Shown here one piece after another: positions 1 through 15,084 of a stretch of 64,000 nt of DNA. A program made the translations under genes and the position numbers. The DNA comes from Octopus sinensis (Eukaryota): NCBI RefSeq assembly GCF_006345805.1, contig NC_042998.1:136648001-136712000 (forward strand), in the 5' to 3' direction. The notes under the pieces were generated by a model. That model worked only from the letters and a program-made list of their open reading frames with translations, searched no databases and was not told the DNA's origin. Position 1 is the first letter of the stretch. Each line of letters begins with the position of its first letter.

Positions 1-600
1 TTTGGTTCCTTATTTTATCGATTCCGAAATAATGAAAAGTGAAATCGACTTCTTTACTCAGAACATAAAGAGCTGAAACAAATGTCACTAAGCATTTAGT
101 CCAACGTGCGAACGATTCTACTAGCCCACTGCCTAAATAGTAATAATGGTTTCCAATTTTGCCACAAGGGCAACAATTTTGAGGGAGGGGATGAGTCGAT
201 TACATTAACCCCAGTGTCCAACTGGTACTTATTTTATCGACCCCGAAAGGATGAAAGGCAAAGTCAACCTCAGCGGAATCGGAACTCAAAAACGTAAAGG
301 CGGACGAAATGCCGCTAAGCATTTTGTCCGGCATGCTAACGATTCTACCAGCTCGCCGCGTCTAAGCCTAAATAATAATGATAATAGCTGTTTCACATTT
401 TGGTACAAGGCCAACAATTGCGGAGGGGTAAGTTAATTATATTAGCCCCAGTACTTGACCGGTACACATTTTTCTATCCATCCGGGTGGGGGTGGGGTGA
501 GGAGAGGGGATGAAAGTTAAAGTTGACCTCACTGGAATTCGAACTCAGAATGTAAAGAGTTGGAACAAATCTCGTAAAGCAATTTTTCGGTGTTCTAAGG
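1..600 (-). mobile_element. Stack of three partial/complete tRNA-derived SINEs (family A), partly separated by short AAT runs
   Basis: Minus strand gives A-box-like TGGTAGAATCGTT, B-box GTTCCGATTCC/GTTCGAATTCC and the central GCCTTTCATCCTTTCGGGGTCGATAAA-AGTACCAG block also seen at 38038, 49082 and 53100. Confidence 0.85.
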
Positions 601-928
601 AATGTGCCAGCCAGAGATTGTAATCATAATAGTAAGATGTAATATTAAAAGGAAGATGGCGTTTATAAAATCAACCTCAGTTCTTGACATCAGCTTATTT
701 CATCAATCACTAAGGGATGAAAAGGAAATTGAAGAGAAATTAAGTCGCGGCTGGCTTTTAACCCAGAACCTGATATTTAGAACACCTACACAATTGAAAA
801 TAATTATTAGAAAGAAAAAAAAATAGTCACGACATGTGTAGTAGAATACCAGATTAAATCAATGAGTAATTCTGATGAAAAAAGAGAAAAGCGACAACCC
901 GGAAATCTAAATTAATTAAAAGTAATAT

Positions 929-1143
929 AAGACGACAAGCTGGCAGAATTGTTAGCACGTCTGGATATAATAGTTAGAGGCATTTCTTCCGGCTCTACGT
1001 TCCGAGTTCAAATTCTGCCGGGGTCTGCTTCGCCTTTAATCTTTCGGAGTCGATAAAATAAATACCAGTCGATCACCGGGATCCATGTAATCGAAGCACC
1101 CCTTCCCACCAAATTGCAGGCCTTATACCTATTGTAGAATGAA
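929..1143 (+). mobile_element. tRNA-derived SINE, family A
   Basis: GCTGGCAGAATTGTTAGC (A box), GAGTTCAAATTC (B box), central block, ends TGTAGAATGAATAT. Confidence 0.85.
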
Positions 1144-1531
1144 TATATCTAGCTATCTATCTGAATTACTAAAACTTTGCTTTCTACAAGATTTAGCTTA
1201 GTTTCTCCTTTTTTTTTTACTGAAAATAATTGAATGGAAAAAAAAACAAAAAAACGTAAGGTAAATCTTAAATGTTTGACGGACTCCTGCGAGATATTTG
1301 GACTTATTGTGGTAGTTCATTCCGCTTTTCTTCTTGCTCTTCACCATGGTCGATGTGATATATTACGAATTGATATAGCTTAAGCAGAATTCATAACAAA
1401 TTCTCAATCATGGCTTTTTGGAAGCTTATTATCATTCTAAAGCTCATGCACAAAGGTAATTATGTTTTCTCTGAGATATTTACAATCTTGTAGTTTATTT
1501 TGTAATGATTAATGATTCTGTGTGTGCGTCC

Positions 1532-1910
1532 ATGTATGTATGTATGTATGTATGTATGTATGTATGTATGTATGTATGTATGTATGTATGTATGTATGTA
1601 TGCATGTATGTATGTATGCATACATGTATATATATGTAAGTACGTATGTATGCATGCGTATATGTATGCATATGTATGTGTGTATGTATCTCATGCTTGT
1701 ATGTGTCATGTATTTCTGTACGTATGTGTATGTGTATGTATGTGTGTATGTATGCGTGCATGTATGTATCATGTGTTTATGTATGTATGTGTGTGTAAGA
1801 GGAAGTGAGTGTGTGGGTATGTATATATTTGTCTGAGTGACTCTCTGTGTGTATGTGTATGTGTATGTGCGTGTGCATGCGTGTGTCAGTGTGTGTGTGT
1901 GATTATCCAA
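1532..1910. repeat. Compound (TATG)n/(TG)n microsatellite
   Basis: Directly visible; it explains the MYVC/HTYI ORFs in the track. Confidence 0.95.
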
Positions 1911-2949
1911 TATTATGTGTAATGCTTCTAAGTTGGAATTATATTAAAAATGTTATGATTTCTCCAAATTCTATTTAAGATTCATAGCTTGATCGTATGA
2001 ATACAATTTCATCCCCGGTAAAAATTTATATATTAATTTAGTTTATTTAAACATTACAATTTTCCTTTCCTTTTCTTTTCTTTTTTTTTACTGTTAAATG
2101 ATCTTGGTTGATTCTTGGCTGGAAGATATAAAATATCTATACAATAGCTTGGTTACTGAATCATTCCATTACTCACGATGGTGCATATTAATTAATAACA
2201 TATAAGAATTAATTAGTTCTCGTGCACTAATTGCCAACTTAACACCTCCAGTAATCTTGTATTCTAGATATTGACTAATATATATAGATTATCTGATTGA
2301 AAGAGAGCAAGCCTGGTTGTAGTTGCACCAAAACTGAAGAACATCCAATGAAGTGATCTTAAAACCATTTTATAAATAAAATAACTATATATTGTTATAC
2401 AGAATTAATTAATGAATCAAGTTAATTAAAGAATTTAAATCGGAACTTTGCGACAACATTATAGTCACCACAGTGAGTTAATTACGAAAAGCGCGCGCAG
2501 CAGTAGCCATATTTTTAGAATTAATTTGTGAACCATTTTCTGATTACATTTTATGTTCTATAAAAATATTTTTTCTCTTATATAATACTATAATATTAAG
2601 GATGAATGAAGTAAAGATAACAAAACATATTCTGTATTGCCTTAGTTAATATTACGATACCGTAATATGAACTGCTCATATTTTGAACATCGTTAGTACC
2701 TCATCAAAAACAAAAATTACATAAGCAGATAAAATTCCTATATTTTTACTGAATTCTGATGTATTTACGTAATACAGTTTATTGTTAATGACTATTACCG
2801 AAGCTTTGATAGTTATGTTGATTTAGTTTGTATAAAACAGTCGTATATACAGAATACTATTACGATTTCCAGATCACTCACTTCCGTAGTATTCGTCGGA
2901 AGATATAAAATAGCTACGTCCCATTATCCTCCTGAAATATAAAGATTCA

Positions 2950-5450
2950 TCTACCTAGTAAACACTATTTTTCATGGTTATTATGATAAATTATTATAAA
3001 TCTTCTGAAGAAAGTAGACAGCACCCGTAACTATTGGATGGTCTTCGATTAATAATGTAATGCACACTGATGTTAACTTGAACTTCAGCAGAAAAATAGA
3101 GGGAGAGAGAAAAATAGAGGGAGAGAGAAAAGGCAAGGGAAACTGGTTGGGAGTAAAAGGTAGTAGGTGGGGTTCGAGAGAGGGATGAGGGAGTGATATA
3201 AATGGTAAGTATTTGACTTGTCAGCGTCTCTTCCAAATGGTTTCTGTTTGGGAAGTAAAGATTAACCCTTATAGGCACTTTATGTCTATAAAGGCTAAGA
3301 AAGAACTACTGTAAAAATGGAAGTTTAGAATAGTAAAGACGGTTGTATTAGTTGAATAGAGAGCGCAAGCTTGTTACTGATGATATCTAATGATGACAAC
3401 GTGTTATCGGTGGCAGAGAGACTGAGCTTTGGTGAATGGATTTAACTATCAATGGAATGGCCAGATTTGTATGTAGTCTGGATCATATGCTGTTGTTGAA
3501 CTTCAGGTGAGCACTAATCGGGGAGACTTATGACCAAAGGCATATCAGCCGTGACCATCTCGTCTTTTCTCGAAGAAATATATCTATAATTACAAGAGTT
3601 GAGAGTGAAAAAGGGGCTGAGAGAGAGAGAGAGAGAGAGAAAGAGAAAGAGAGAGAGAGAGAAGGAGAGAGTGAGATTGGGAGAGAAATGAGGGGCTACA
3701 AATGAAGAGGTTTGGGGAGTCTGTCTCGCGTAGAGATGCAAGTGGGGTGAAGTGGTGGAACTAGTAAATGTAAAAAGTAGAAGATTGCAAAAGATTCGGT
3801 TTCTGGATAAGTGGCCTCAGTGTGAGACGAGTGTGAAAGACAAGAAGAGTAGTGATCGTTGAAAACACTGAGGTCGTTGATTTTGGGGAGGGTTTTGCAG
3901 TGAGATAGATACGATTGGTATTAGAAGAATTGGTGGTAGTTTGAGGAATTCAGAAATTGATAGAAGAAGCCCGAGCCCAACGTGTTAGGATCCTGTGAGG
4001 AGATTACGAAACTTTAAGTTGCATGGGGCCAAATCAAGGTGCTTTAAATTATATTTCATTTACTTAACCGGGTGGTGCGTTGTGTTCTTGATCAAAACAC
4101 TTCATCTCACGTTGCTCTGCGATGACTTCGACACCCGACGCATGCACCTGTTCAGATGTTGATTTAATGGAGGAAGTGAGCTAATGTACAGCACGAATTT
4201 TTGATCACTATGAAACAAATAATTTGTGCAGGTCATTTAGCAAAATCTGAATGCTCATACGTTGTCTTCGACGAAAGAGTCCATCATATGCATACAACAA
4301 CAACAACAACAACAACAATAATAATAACAACAACAATAATAATAATATTTCGATGAAATTCATAAACATTTAATGCATCCCCTCGCGCGTTTCCACAAAC
4401 CACATCTCTTAAGATCATAGCCCGTATTCCTGGGATGGTTACAGTATCCGTGGGTATCGGGTTGATCATCTTCATGGAATCATTTCTTCAGGCGATATCA
4501 TATTAATGGGTGTACAACATAGGGATTTTATCCCTTTTTACCGGTATGAAGGTTAAGCTAGTTATGTGGGTATTTCTGTGTGTATTTGGTGGGGGGAAGA
4601 AGGTGATGGAAATAGGAAAAAATGGTAGTTATATGAGGATGGAGGTGTGTGTGGCGGTGTTGGACTTATCTTGCTATTCATTCAGCAGATGTTAAGGATG
4701 GCTAGTACATTCTTTTGTTTGATTTTATTTAAGGCATGACTATCTTCAATAAATTCTGAAGTCAACAGATCATTTGGTACTGATACTATAGCTATCAGTC
4801 GTTGGTGTTGGTTGACTGAATTGATAAATGATACTTTCTTATGGTAGCCTTTTCATTATTTCTGGTGATATAATGTAACATCTACCTGTGTATGTATGTA
4901 TGTATGTATGTATGTATGTATGTATGTATGTATGTATGTATGTATGTATGTATGTATGTATGTATGTATGTATGGAAGAGTTAGGGAAAGAGGTGAGTCG
5001 TGAGCAGAGAAGAGTCTACATATGGGAAAAAATTATCTTTCGAAGTGAAGTTTGAATAAAGACATGAACAGCAGAGACAGATAACAGTTAAAGGTTGAGA
5101 GAGTAAGAATGTGTCATTTGTGAGTTTGTAACAAGATGTGTGGTTTGAGTGTAAGCAAGAGGATGTATAGTTTGGGTGTTGCTAAGGGAATTGTTAATTC
5201 TAGACCAGATCAGGTTAACTGATGGTAAAGATGAAGAGGGAAAATTATCCAACGGGTTTACTTTTATTTTTTATTTTTAGTATTCAAGGAAATGTAAACG
5301 GCACTGGACAGTGAGATATCACTCCAACCCCTTTACCAGGAATCTAGCCCAAATACAAGCGGCAGAGCGAACAACGGTAAAGTTAACCAAGATGGAATGT
5401 TAACAGATTGGAGTGATTGGTCCGTCAGCTGTAAAAAGATAAAAAGCAGA
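2950..5450 (-). pseudogene. Heavily decayed Penelope-like RT relic (tentative)
   Basis: Minus-strand translations give LPKINDLSV...SSC (cf. LPKIHKP...SSC), LVPPLHPTCISTRD, NFHFYSSSFLAFIDIK (cf. FT.S..L.FLDI) and an N-terminal-like stretch near 5150-5250. Many stops; interrupted by microsatellites. Confidence 0.35.
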
Positions 5451-6499
5451 AGAAACCAAATAATATGATCACAGGAATACACAGACGAGAAAACACTGCC
5501 ATATGCATACATGATCGCACACTGTATCGACCATTTGCTGATGTCTGCAGTTGTTCAGTTACACACTTTCATAAACATTCAAATAACGATTCGTAGTTTT
5601 TCTCTTATTTTTGTATATCGGTCACTTCATGTTATGACGACGATAACAATAATAATTATAAGACTAACAAGAGGAGGGCCAATGCGTCGAGACATCAAAC
5701 AAGACAGCGTAGACGACATATAGGTAGTGGAAGAAGGAGGATAAAGAACATGAAGTGAAATTATCAATTGATATCTGGGTGGTTTTTTAAAAAGGAAATC
5801 TATAATTAGATTCAGTAGGTGCAGGTTAGACGTTCAATACATTTTATTATCATCTCCTTTTGACAGTAAGACTAGAAACCAAAATAGACCATATATGTGC
5901 AGGAAAGAAGTTCAGAAGTTCCCTAGGGGACATAAGTATAATGCGCGAAAGTGATACATTGCCAGATCACCAGCATAGAATAGTAAATTTGGTGAAAAAG
6001 TTTTTGTTGTTTATTTTTAATGAATGAGATCAATCATTTGCACATTCAATAGCGAATGTTTAGAAGTCAGGATATTGCTGGCTTCCAGTTTATGTGCAGA
6101 ATCTTGATGAATGAAAGCTAGTACCGTCTGCATTAGAATATGTGTGTTCTGATAACACATCGTCAGCAGGAAGACTTGTTCAAAAACCTGAGATATGCGT
6201 GAGTTTATAGAATGCGGATAGAAGTGAGTTCCGGTAACACTGATGAAATGTTGTAATAGGAAACTTGCCAAAGAATATGATCTGAGACTAGACTGTTTTG
6301 ATTCGAGGTCTCCTTGCATAATGACGAAGGTTTTGCTGATGCCAAGGGTAATATTAACGTTTTCAATGAAATATTCAAGGTTCAGAGACCACTGGTGTTT
6401 GACATAAACAAGGTTTCCATGCAGATCTGCTTCTGTGGAACAACGTAGATAAAAAGAATTACAGACTTTGGCTGCTATATGCAAAGCATTTTGAAATTT

Positions 6500-6619
<120 letters not shown>

Positions 6620-8379
6620 AATGAATTGGTAATTGACGGGGATATGAAATGTTGCTTTCTTGAGAATGGGATATAACGTCACGAATATCTAGAAATTAAG
6701 ATAAATATACGCCATAAGTGAAAGATTGAATACCTTGATAAAGAATGTTGGTCAGCTTTGATGTTGACTAGCTGACAGTGATAGGAAAGTGATCGGCTGT
6801 GTTGTTAAAATGAAGTCATTACGAAGATATCTGCCCTTGGTGACTGTGTATATTTGGTGGCGATGCTAGGTGGATCGAAAAGATTGGTTCGAGAGGAGGG
6901 AATTGTTTTACAGATGAGTACTCTTTGGAAATAAAGAGCAAAATAATTCTGATTTCATTGTCTTTACGAGTAATGCTTTCGATGCCATCAGGGTAAATGA
7001 GGAATGAACAGGAGGATTTCTATGGAGTTGCTAGAAATGTTGCTGGTGGAAGGTTGCGAGGTTAGAACGAAGGCCGACCTTGTGTTCTATGAAATACTTC
7101 TGATTTTGATCTTAAACAATAATGTTCTTAAATGATAATTATCCTAAAAGGTATTTGCTGCCAAGCTGGTGTAAACGGGTTTCCTTCATATGGTATAGGC
7201 TATAGTTTCTGCTTCTTTGCATTGTGTGTGAACTACTATGGTGTTACTTTGTTACAAAAATATCTGAAATGATGTATTATCACACATTCAACTTTTATGG
7301 AGAGTATTTCTGTGCTTTATTTACGTGTTTGTGATTAGTATGAACAGATTAGGTGGAAAGGAAAGAACTTCAGTACTTCAATGTTGGTTTTGGTAGATAC
7401 AAGGTACAAAACAACCATTGTCAATAAATTTTCTGTAAACTTGATTGAAAATATATATTTTCCGGCATAAATGTTTGATCTAAGATTTGTTGCTGTTTTT
7501 TAACTGTAGTTTTTCTCAGAAGTTTTGTTAATTTGCCAAATATCGATTTTAACAGCTTTTGTGAAAAAATTAATAAATCATTTGTATAGGCAACTTTTTG
7601 AAGAACAAATTTGTTCTGCTCTCAGTAACGATAATCAAAACAAATGACGGTACATCGTTTTATCACGGAATTGCCAATGACTGTACATTAATATCAAGGA
7701 AATAGTTTATAGCCGAATTAACGAAATAACAAAGCGAAGAAACTAAAAACAATCTAACTGATGATTCATTTGTTGTCGGTCTAATAGTGTTGGTTATGTC
7801 TCTGTGCTGTTTCTTTAATACAGTGAAAACTTCTTTTTTATGCATCATATGCGAAGACTCTCACATTAAGGGGGAAAGAAAGAAACGATAGCTGTCTGAA
7901 TTTGATCTTACATAAATTAGTTACATCCTTCTGTCCTCGGAGCTAAATATTACATTCTCTAAATATCTCTGATCTTGAGGAAATCATTAATTATTTAAAA
8001 AAAAAGAAAAAGAAAAAGAAAACCAATGTTACATCTACTGTGATTTTTAGCTTAATCAAATTCTCAGTCAGCGATCTTAAAGAGTAAAATGACCTTCAGA
8101 GTATTAGGTTAAAAATCACTAAAAGAACATTGTTCAAATTTCTATTTCATAGAAATATGTCTGAGATTGTTTTTGTTTAGTAGAGTATTAAATTATTTTC
8201 AAGATATTATTGCACCCAAGAAACTGGAAGAGATTCCTGTCACAGTAATGTTTTGTTACAATCTAGAGAAAGAGAGACAGATATAAAACTGAAAAGAGAA
8301 TTTGAGTTTTATTACATTACTATGATGTATATTTAGTTTAATATTCTTCAGATGCTTTTTAAATACATTTCTTCATTCT

Positions 8380-9830
8380 GCAAGATTTTATTCCTTTCTA
8401 CTCATATTGATAGAATGTAAATTTCAAGATCTTCGACATACTTTTTAATACCTGGAGCAACAGAGTATATGCGTTGAACTTCCAATGTTTTCCATCTTAA
8501 AATCCCTATAAACACCTCATTAAACTTCCAATATTTGATGTTATGGCACAAAGTTTGCACTATTCTCCGGCTTAATCTCACCCAAACTTTCAAGCGAATT
8601 AAATACGATGGGATTAGATTTTCTCCTTCAAAGTAAATCATGCATGAAAAAGGGAATGGAAAAACAATAGCATTCAGCTATTCCTGTTCAAATCTCAAAA
8701 CGTATTAAGAATGAATAGATGCGTTATAATTTGGACTCTCGCTGCTCTACGTGCAACTCAGAAATTATCAATAGTTTGGTAGACATCAGCAAGCATCAAC
8801 AAATGATTTGTTTGCTGATTCTTATATGTGTTTTCCGATGACGAAAAACGATAGCGACCAGATATTCACATCTGAATCTGACACAAGATATTAGGAATGA
8901 ATAAATACCTTATTGTTCTTGTACAAAACAACCATTGTCTGTTCTGCGTGTCCCCACTGAATTATAACTAATAGTTAATATCATGAAAACTAGTAGTTAT
9001 TGCCTAATATTGTCTCTATTTCCTTGTCTCTATGTCACATGTCAAAACTATTTACAGGAAGTGAACTATTTTTTCACTTTTTACGATCTGCTTTAAATGA
9101 AATAAATTAAAAACATTCGCCAGATTTACCGCAGTCATTAAATTTTACATAATGTTGATATTTTTTTTCGTTTGGAAGACATCAAAGAATAACTTAGTGA
9201 AGAAAAATATGGGCAGTAGAAATTTTATAACTATGAGATATATTAAGTTATACGAGTTATGGTGCTAATTTACATTTACACTGCTTTCATTTATTTCATA
9301 TATTTCCACCCTGTTTATGAATATCACATTTTGGACATTTAGACATAACATTAATTTCATAAATCGATATTCAATTTTATCTTATCATGTCCGACACGCT
9401 CTGTACCCAAACTGCGCAAATAATATTATTAAAATATATTCTACATTATATATTTCCTAGTGTATTCGGTAGGAATGCGAATACATATACTATAGAAATA
9501 ATGCCCATCGCTACTTTCAGGAACAGCACTGACAGAGGCAGAAAAAGAAAACTGAACAGCAGTCTTATAAATCATTGATTAGCTTATGAAAAATAAATGA
9601 AGTTATTGTTATACTTTAGCTATAGAAACCTCACCAGTAAGACAGTAAATTGTTCTAATAGCCTGCATTCCTGATACTTTTAGATAAATTATTTTGTGCG
9701 GTAAGTTTCCACTGTGTCTGAAACAGTTTATTGACTGTGACTTCTTGATTAATGTTCTTTTTAAAATGCCATTAGGAAAGATGCTATGACGAAAGAAATC
9801 CGTGTGAATTGAAGTATTGCACATTCGGTT
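8380..9830 (-). pseudogene. Ancient CR1/Jockey-group LINE RT relic (tentative)
   Basis: Minus-strand fragments in expected order: SIFPNGILKRTLIKK..NCFRH (cf. GIFP..WK.A......NYRP), DLNR-IAE, IYFEGENLI..Y, WKTLEVQRI (cf. L.SLE.RR). Confidence 0.4.
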
Positions 9831-12619
9831 CAGCTTGTCTTTAAGACGGTAGAGGAATGTAAGTTTTGATAAATAAGATTATTGTTTGCAACGGAAGTCT
9901 TCTGCAGAAATGGGTAAAGAATAGCCTTTGAAGATGATGCTAAAGCAAGTAATATAACTTGGAATTACGCAAAGAACTGCAATAGCGCGTGGCATTCTAT
10001 AATATTCGTTTTGAAAGTAAGAAATAGATGTCAGAAATCGGTGATAGAGCGAGCCTATTTAGTTAATAGAAAAGAGTTAATCGATTAATAGATATACAGA
10101 AAGCCAGTTCTAATTCACTTCTACGTTGAGATAATTTTAATCATGTATCTATTGATGTTGATATATTATGACATGATATCTTTGATACTTCTGATAATTT
10201 CTGAGAAATTATTGAAAATAATTCACACAAATCTTTGATTATGGCTGTGGTATAGTAGAATCAGTATCTGTTTTAAAAGTATTAGCTAAGTACTTGTGTG
10301 TAAATTTTTTTCAGACGAATTGGTATCGTAAAGTGACACGTAAGCTGTTGTAAGACACTGGATTTTCGACTCGATGTATAGAGCTGTACTTTACTAAATC
10401 AGATTAACAAACGCAATTTACTTTAGTCATTTCATCGCTTATTCCAGAAACATTCTAGATAGTACTTCATTAAAAATGTATCACGATGGAATTTCCTTCC
10501 CTTAAATATTACCATTAAACACATTACAGCTTTTAATGTTTCATTTTGATAGCCTGTACTTGCTCTGCTGTCATTCTATCCTTTCTCTCACGTTGTTTTG
10601 ATTTCCTAATGTCTGTTTTAATTTCATTACCATTGAGTTCTGTGGCAGTAAAACACTCTTCCGACTCCACTATATCGTCAACATGTGACTAGATCTATTG
10701 AATAGGCTTAGTCAGTTTAGTAATTCTTTTGGAAACGTCGAAGACTTAAGGTCACCTCCAAGAAAAATATTACCGAAGCGATAAATCAGTTGAAGGTAAA
10801 ACAAATCTAGTAATAAGGTTCAATCTACATTCAGCATCCGCCATCCATCCATCTTTTATCCCTTCTGGGAAGATCAGGTCCTCAGGCACCTTCGCCATGA
10901 GGTCCTATCAGAAGTAACCGACATTATACTTTGCAGCTGGATTCCCTATGGATATTTTCCAACAATCTCGTTCTTGAGCCGGTTGGCTCGGCATAAAGAA
11001 TCCATCTTGCAATTCTTTCCTGCGACATTCTAATCACATGTAGTACCAGAGCTGCAATCGCTCAATGTGAAGTATCAACTCACTTGATCGCAGAGCTATG
11101 ACTCTCTCGAGTAAAAATATAAGGCTAAAATATGTATAATTTTATATTATAAAAGAGAAGAGGAATCTCCGCCTGTCTGTCACAAAATCTATAAGAGGGA
11201 AGGAAAGAGAGAAAGAAGAATCAAAATATGCATCAAAACGTATTTTTAGAAGAGAAGAAAAGTTATTGAGAGAGAAATACAGTAAGAGAAAGGCAGAGAG
11301 AAGGAGAGCGAGAGAGAGAGAGAGAGAAAGAAAGTGTGCGTGTGTGAAAAATAGGTAATGTTGTGAGTGAATGAGTGAAAGAGAGATAGAGAGAGATTGA
11401 GAGAGGGAGTGTGTGTGTGAGTGTGCGTGTGTTTGTGTGCAAAATAGATAAACAGGTAGTGTTTTCATCATAACTAATAAGATTTGATTAAAAACGCAGC
11501 AATATTAAGTGCAAGTCTATCAGCTCAGCACAATACAACACAAGCTTCAAAAAAGGCCTTATATATGTAGACGATATATATATAATTATTATCTTTTGGT
11601 TGTTTGTGTGTATTTTTCTGTGCATCGCAGCATATCGGCAACACAACATACACTTTAAAAACAGACTTTCACTTTGAACAAATTTATGAATGTACGTGTA
11701 TGATGAACAAATATTTTTACCGGCAGCGTAGCGATGGAAACTACTTAGTTGTTTCAATTGTAGTTAATACCAGTATTCTAAACAGTAATCACCCTTTGCA
11801 GCATCAATTACTTTTTGGAGAAGTAGGTACGCGAACTTGATATCGTTAGCTCTGCACCTAATATTCACTTTGAATTTAGCTATTTAATTTAGCATTTAAT
11901 TGCCCCTGTGGTACGAAAAAATGTTGACTCATTGTTGCCTGAATAAATGATTTTCTTTTTCTGATCGTGTCTTCTGTTATCAACTACGTTATTTTAAGAC
12001 AGAGCAACTGCTAGGGATGTACAGGGTGTGTACTTCCTGGTCCTGTGTATGGAAGGAAAGCAAACTACTTGATAATCATCGTGTCCACCAATGGTTAATT
12101 ATTTGCCTTATAATGGATTGAGCTTTCTATTAACGTCATATACTAATATTTCCGATGGGAGAGATATTAATTCTTCGTTAGTTGACGGTATTGTTTATCT
12201 GTGGAAATAAGTTGGATTTTCTTTTTAAGATGATTAAAAATGTGTGAGATGGTTAAAAGCCAATTATGGAAGAAAGTACTAATAATACAATCACCAATAT
12301 AAATGGAAGTTCCTATTTCGAATTAGTATAATTTTATTCTTTTTCTAAAAGTCTTACATGAAACTAATTCGGACTTCTAAATAATGAAGCTTTTTACTTA
12401 CGTTCTCTTACTAGCTCCTGTAGGGTGGTGGTTTGTTTTCATGAAGAACTCTTAATGCTATGTTTTTCAGTACTCCTTGCCGTCTGGTATAGGTACCATC
12501 TCTTCAAGAAATATTCTTAGGTCTTATGTTCATCAGATATGGTGTGTATATTTATAGGTAAAATAGGTTAGTAGTAAGAAAACTGTATCAATTAAAATTT
12601 GCCTGTTGTTTTAATTTCT

Positions 12620-12860
12620 TATAATTTTTTACTGTTTAATCGGAGGAAGAGAAACTGTTCATAGCTTTTGCAGTCCCTTAAAGACCGATAAAACCAATGC
12701 AGTCGATGTTTAACTTTCAATCTTTGCAGTTCGATGTCTGTAGGTAAGACATGCCAGAGAGAGTTATAGAGGTTACACAGTCTTTGGAAGAACAAAAATG
12801 AAGTGCCCAATATGAAGTTTGTGAAAGGAATGTGGTAGGGGTGGGTACAGCAAAGTCGTC
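12620..12860 (-). pseudogene. Decayed LINE ORF2 C-terminus (CR1/Jockey-like)
   Basis: FFQRLCNLYNSLWHVLPTDIELQRLKVKHRL resembles the FF.R...LWNSLP..V.P....LQ.FK C-terminal motif. Confidence 0.45.
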
Positions 12861-12867
12861 GTGGCAC

Positions 12868-13241
12868 TCCGTCGGTTACGACGATGAGGGTTCCAGTTGA
12901 CCCGATCAACGGAACAGCCTGCTCGTGAAATTAACGTGCAAGTGGCTGAGCACTCCACAGACACGTGTACCATTAACGTAGTTCTAGGGGGCGATTCAGC
13001 GTGACACAGAGTGTGACAAGGCTGGGCCTTTGAAATACAGGCATAACAGAAACAGGAAGATAGAGTGAAAGTTATGGTGGAAGAGTACAGCAGGGTTCAC
13101 CCCCCCCACCGCTGCCGGAGCCTCGTGGAGCTTTAGGTGTTTTCACTCAATAAACACTCACAATGCCCGGTCTGGGAATCGAAACCGCGATCCTACGATC
13201 GCGAGTCCGCTGTTCTAACCACTGGGCCATTGCACCTCCAC
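12868..13241 (-). mobile_element. tRNA-derived SINE (family C1) sharing its 3' tail with the SINE at 41151
   Basis: Minus head GGAGGTGCAATGGCCCAGTGGTTAG...GGTTTCGATTCCC; last ~170 bp match 41154-41324. Confidence 0.85.
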
Positions 13242-15084
13242 ACAGGAAGGTAAATGCAGTGAATGAACTTAAACGCCGATGGTATTTATCTTACTCGTTT
13301 AACCACATGAAGATATTTTGAAATATTAAGTGGTTGCAAAAAGAGAAAATGGAACGTTGATTGGCTAGTTGTCGCTGTGTAATATAGCAAGTCTTACGAT
13401 AAGTAACGTTTTGATGAGCTTACTAGGAAGTCGGCCAGTCATTATTTTGAAACAGTGAAGAATTTTCAGTGTCATAGTAGATGAACTGTCCTATATGCCT
13501 GGCTAGTACTCTTATGTGGATAGTACTTTGTCTAAACAAAAGTCAGCAACTGTTAATAAGTTAAAACACTTCTTGTTAGGTTATACGCCGTCCTCATGAA
13601 AAATCATTATGGATCGTCATGTATTCCAGTTGTGAAGTATTTGTATGTTATTGTTGAGTATGGATTGAACGGCATGAGGTGATTGGGATGTTTGGACGCT
13701 GGAAATTTGGCATGGAAGACTGGGCATCTAACCTGTTTAAGCGTCAGTACTTTTTGGCACTTGTCACAGGCACGCACGCACACATGATCAGAAATATACG
13801 CATAAAAATAGAGAGGAAGAGGGAGTGGAGAGAAAGAGACATTACTGTCTATTAATTGAATACGAATGAGATATAAAGAAAAATATGCATAAAGAAAAAT
13901 AGACATATAAAGAAAAATATGCACACACACACACACACGCGAGCACACACAGAGAGAAAGAAACGTAAAGAACGGGAGACACATTAAAACGTCTGACGTG
14001 AAATAAGTTAGTGTCAAATCAGTGGCGCCAAAACAGCTGCTCTAAAACGTCTCATACCCAGGAATGAAATGTTGTATCTGCTTGATATAAGTAGTAACTA
14101 AGTGCTATGTGTAGCAGAATAACACTAAATTGTCACGACTCCCTAGAGGTTGTTTTTAAAGTCTCTGTTCATAAATGTAAGACAAAATATTAATACTCTA
14201 CAGTGTAGGGATTTTAAAGGATTTCTTGTTAAGTCCTAATAATAAAATGAGAACTTGGTTTATTGCTCAGAATTAAAAAAAAAAATTACTGTCAATAAGA
14301 CATTACTCATGTAATATTTTCTCGTTTTTGTTAGATTAATTTTCGAAGATAAACGAACTCCACTAACAATGTATTGAAGACTTGTTGATTAAATATACTT
14401 AGAACTTGTAGCACATATTGAATAAATATTTGTTTTTGACAGACAGAAGCAGGGTGTGGTGTGATATTCTGTCATTCAGAGAAAATTTTATAGGCAATTT
14501 ACGCAGAAGTAGAAACTGAAAGAGCCATTTGTTTTTCCTTTTAGGTGAAAAATATCTCGGCTTCACGTACAATGAATAATTGAAAACGAGTTCTCTAATC
14601 AAGCTAGTTATTTACGGCAGGCAAAAATTGAAAATAAGTTTCACTCGCTTTCAATCTCATTTTTTCTTCTTTCATCACCATCTTTCAAGAATTGTTGTTT
14701 TTCCTTTTTGTGTGATTTATATTTTTAACTTCCTTAGGTTTCTCATCAGAAGCACTTTTTATCGATAATAATGTGTGTTATATATTTCCAGAATTTTCTT
14801 CATCCAGATCTGATACATAAAAAAATGATGAATGTAATATTTATGTCACTGTCATGATATTAACATTGCTAAGTTCAAATAAGCAGAGAGTTTCGAATGC
14901 AAGGAACAAAATCTTATCTTTAAACTCTATTCTAGCTTTTTATTCCTCACTACAGAGTCTCTCCATGTGAGCGCGTCTGTTTATCAAACTGTCTGTTATA
15001 TTTCGACACATACACCTACCCGCCTATATATTATTTTTCTGCTGTTTTAGTGGCGATAATGCGTCCGAAAATATGCAATATGTG

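Noticed and set aside
1495-1910. Long ORFs rich in MYVC, HTYI, IYIY, LSIY, ERER or poly-I/N (also 15024-15442, 17830-18095, 44465-45330, 60083-60575 and others)
   Set aside because: They are translations of microsatellites that lack stop codons in some frames.
5700-6480. 221-aa minus ORF and possible RT motifs (IMQGD, LPADD, YAGDL)
   Set aside because: Half the ORF is (CT)n, and the motif matches are weak with two competing YADD candidates; at most an unclassifiable old LINE.
11990-12570. Possible exons with AG/GT boundaries (GPVYGRKANYFDNHRVHQW; YSLPSGIG...)
   Set aside because: No recognisable protein similarity, weak splice sites, and they lie next to decayed LINE sequence.
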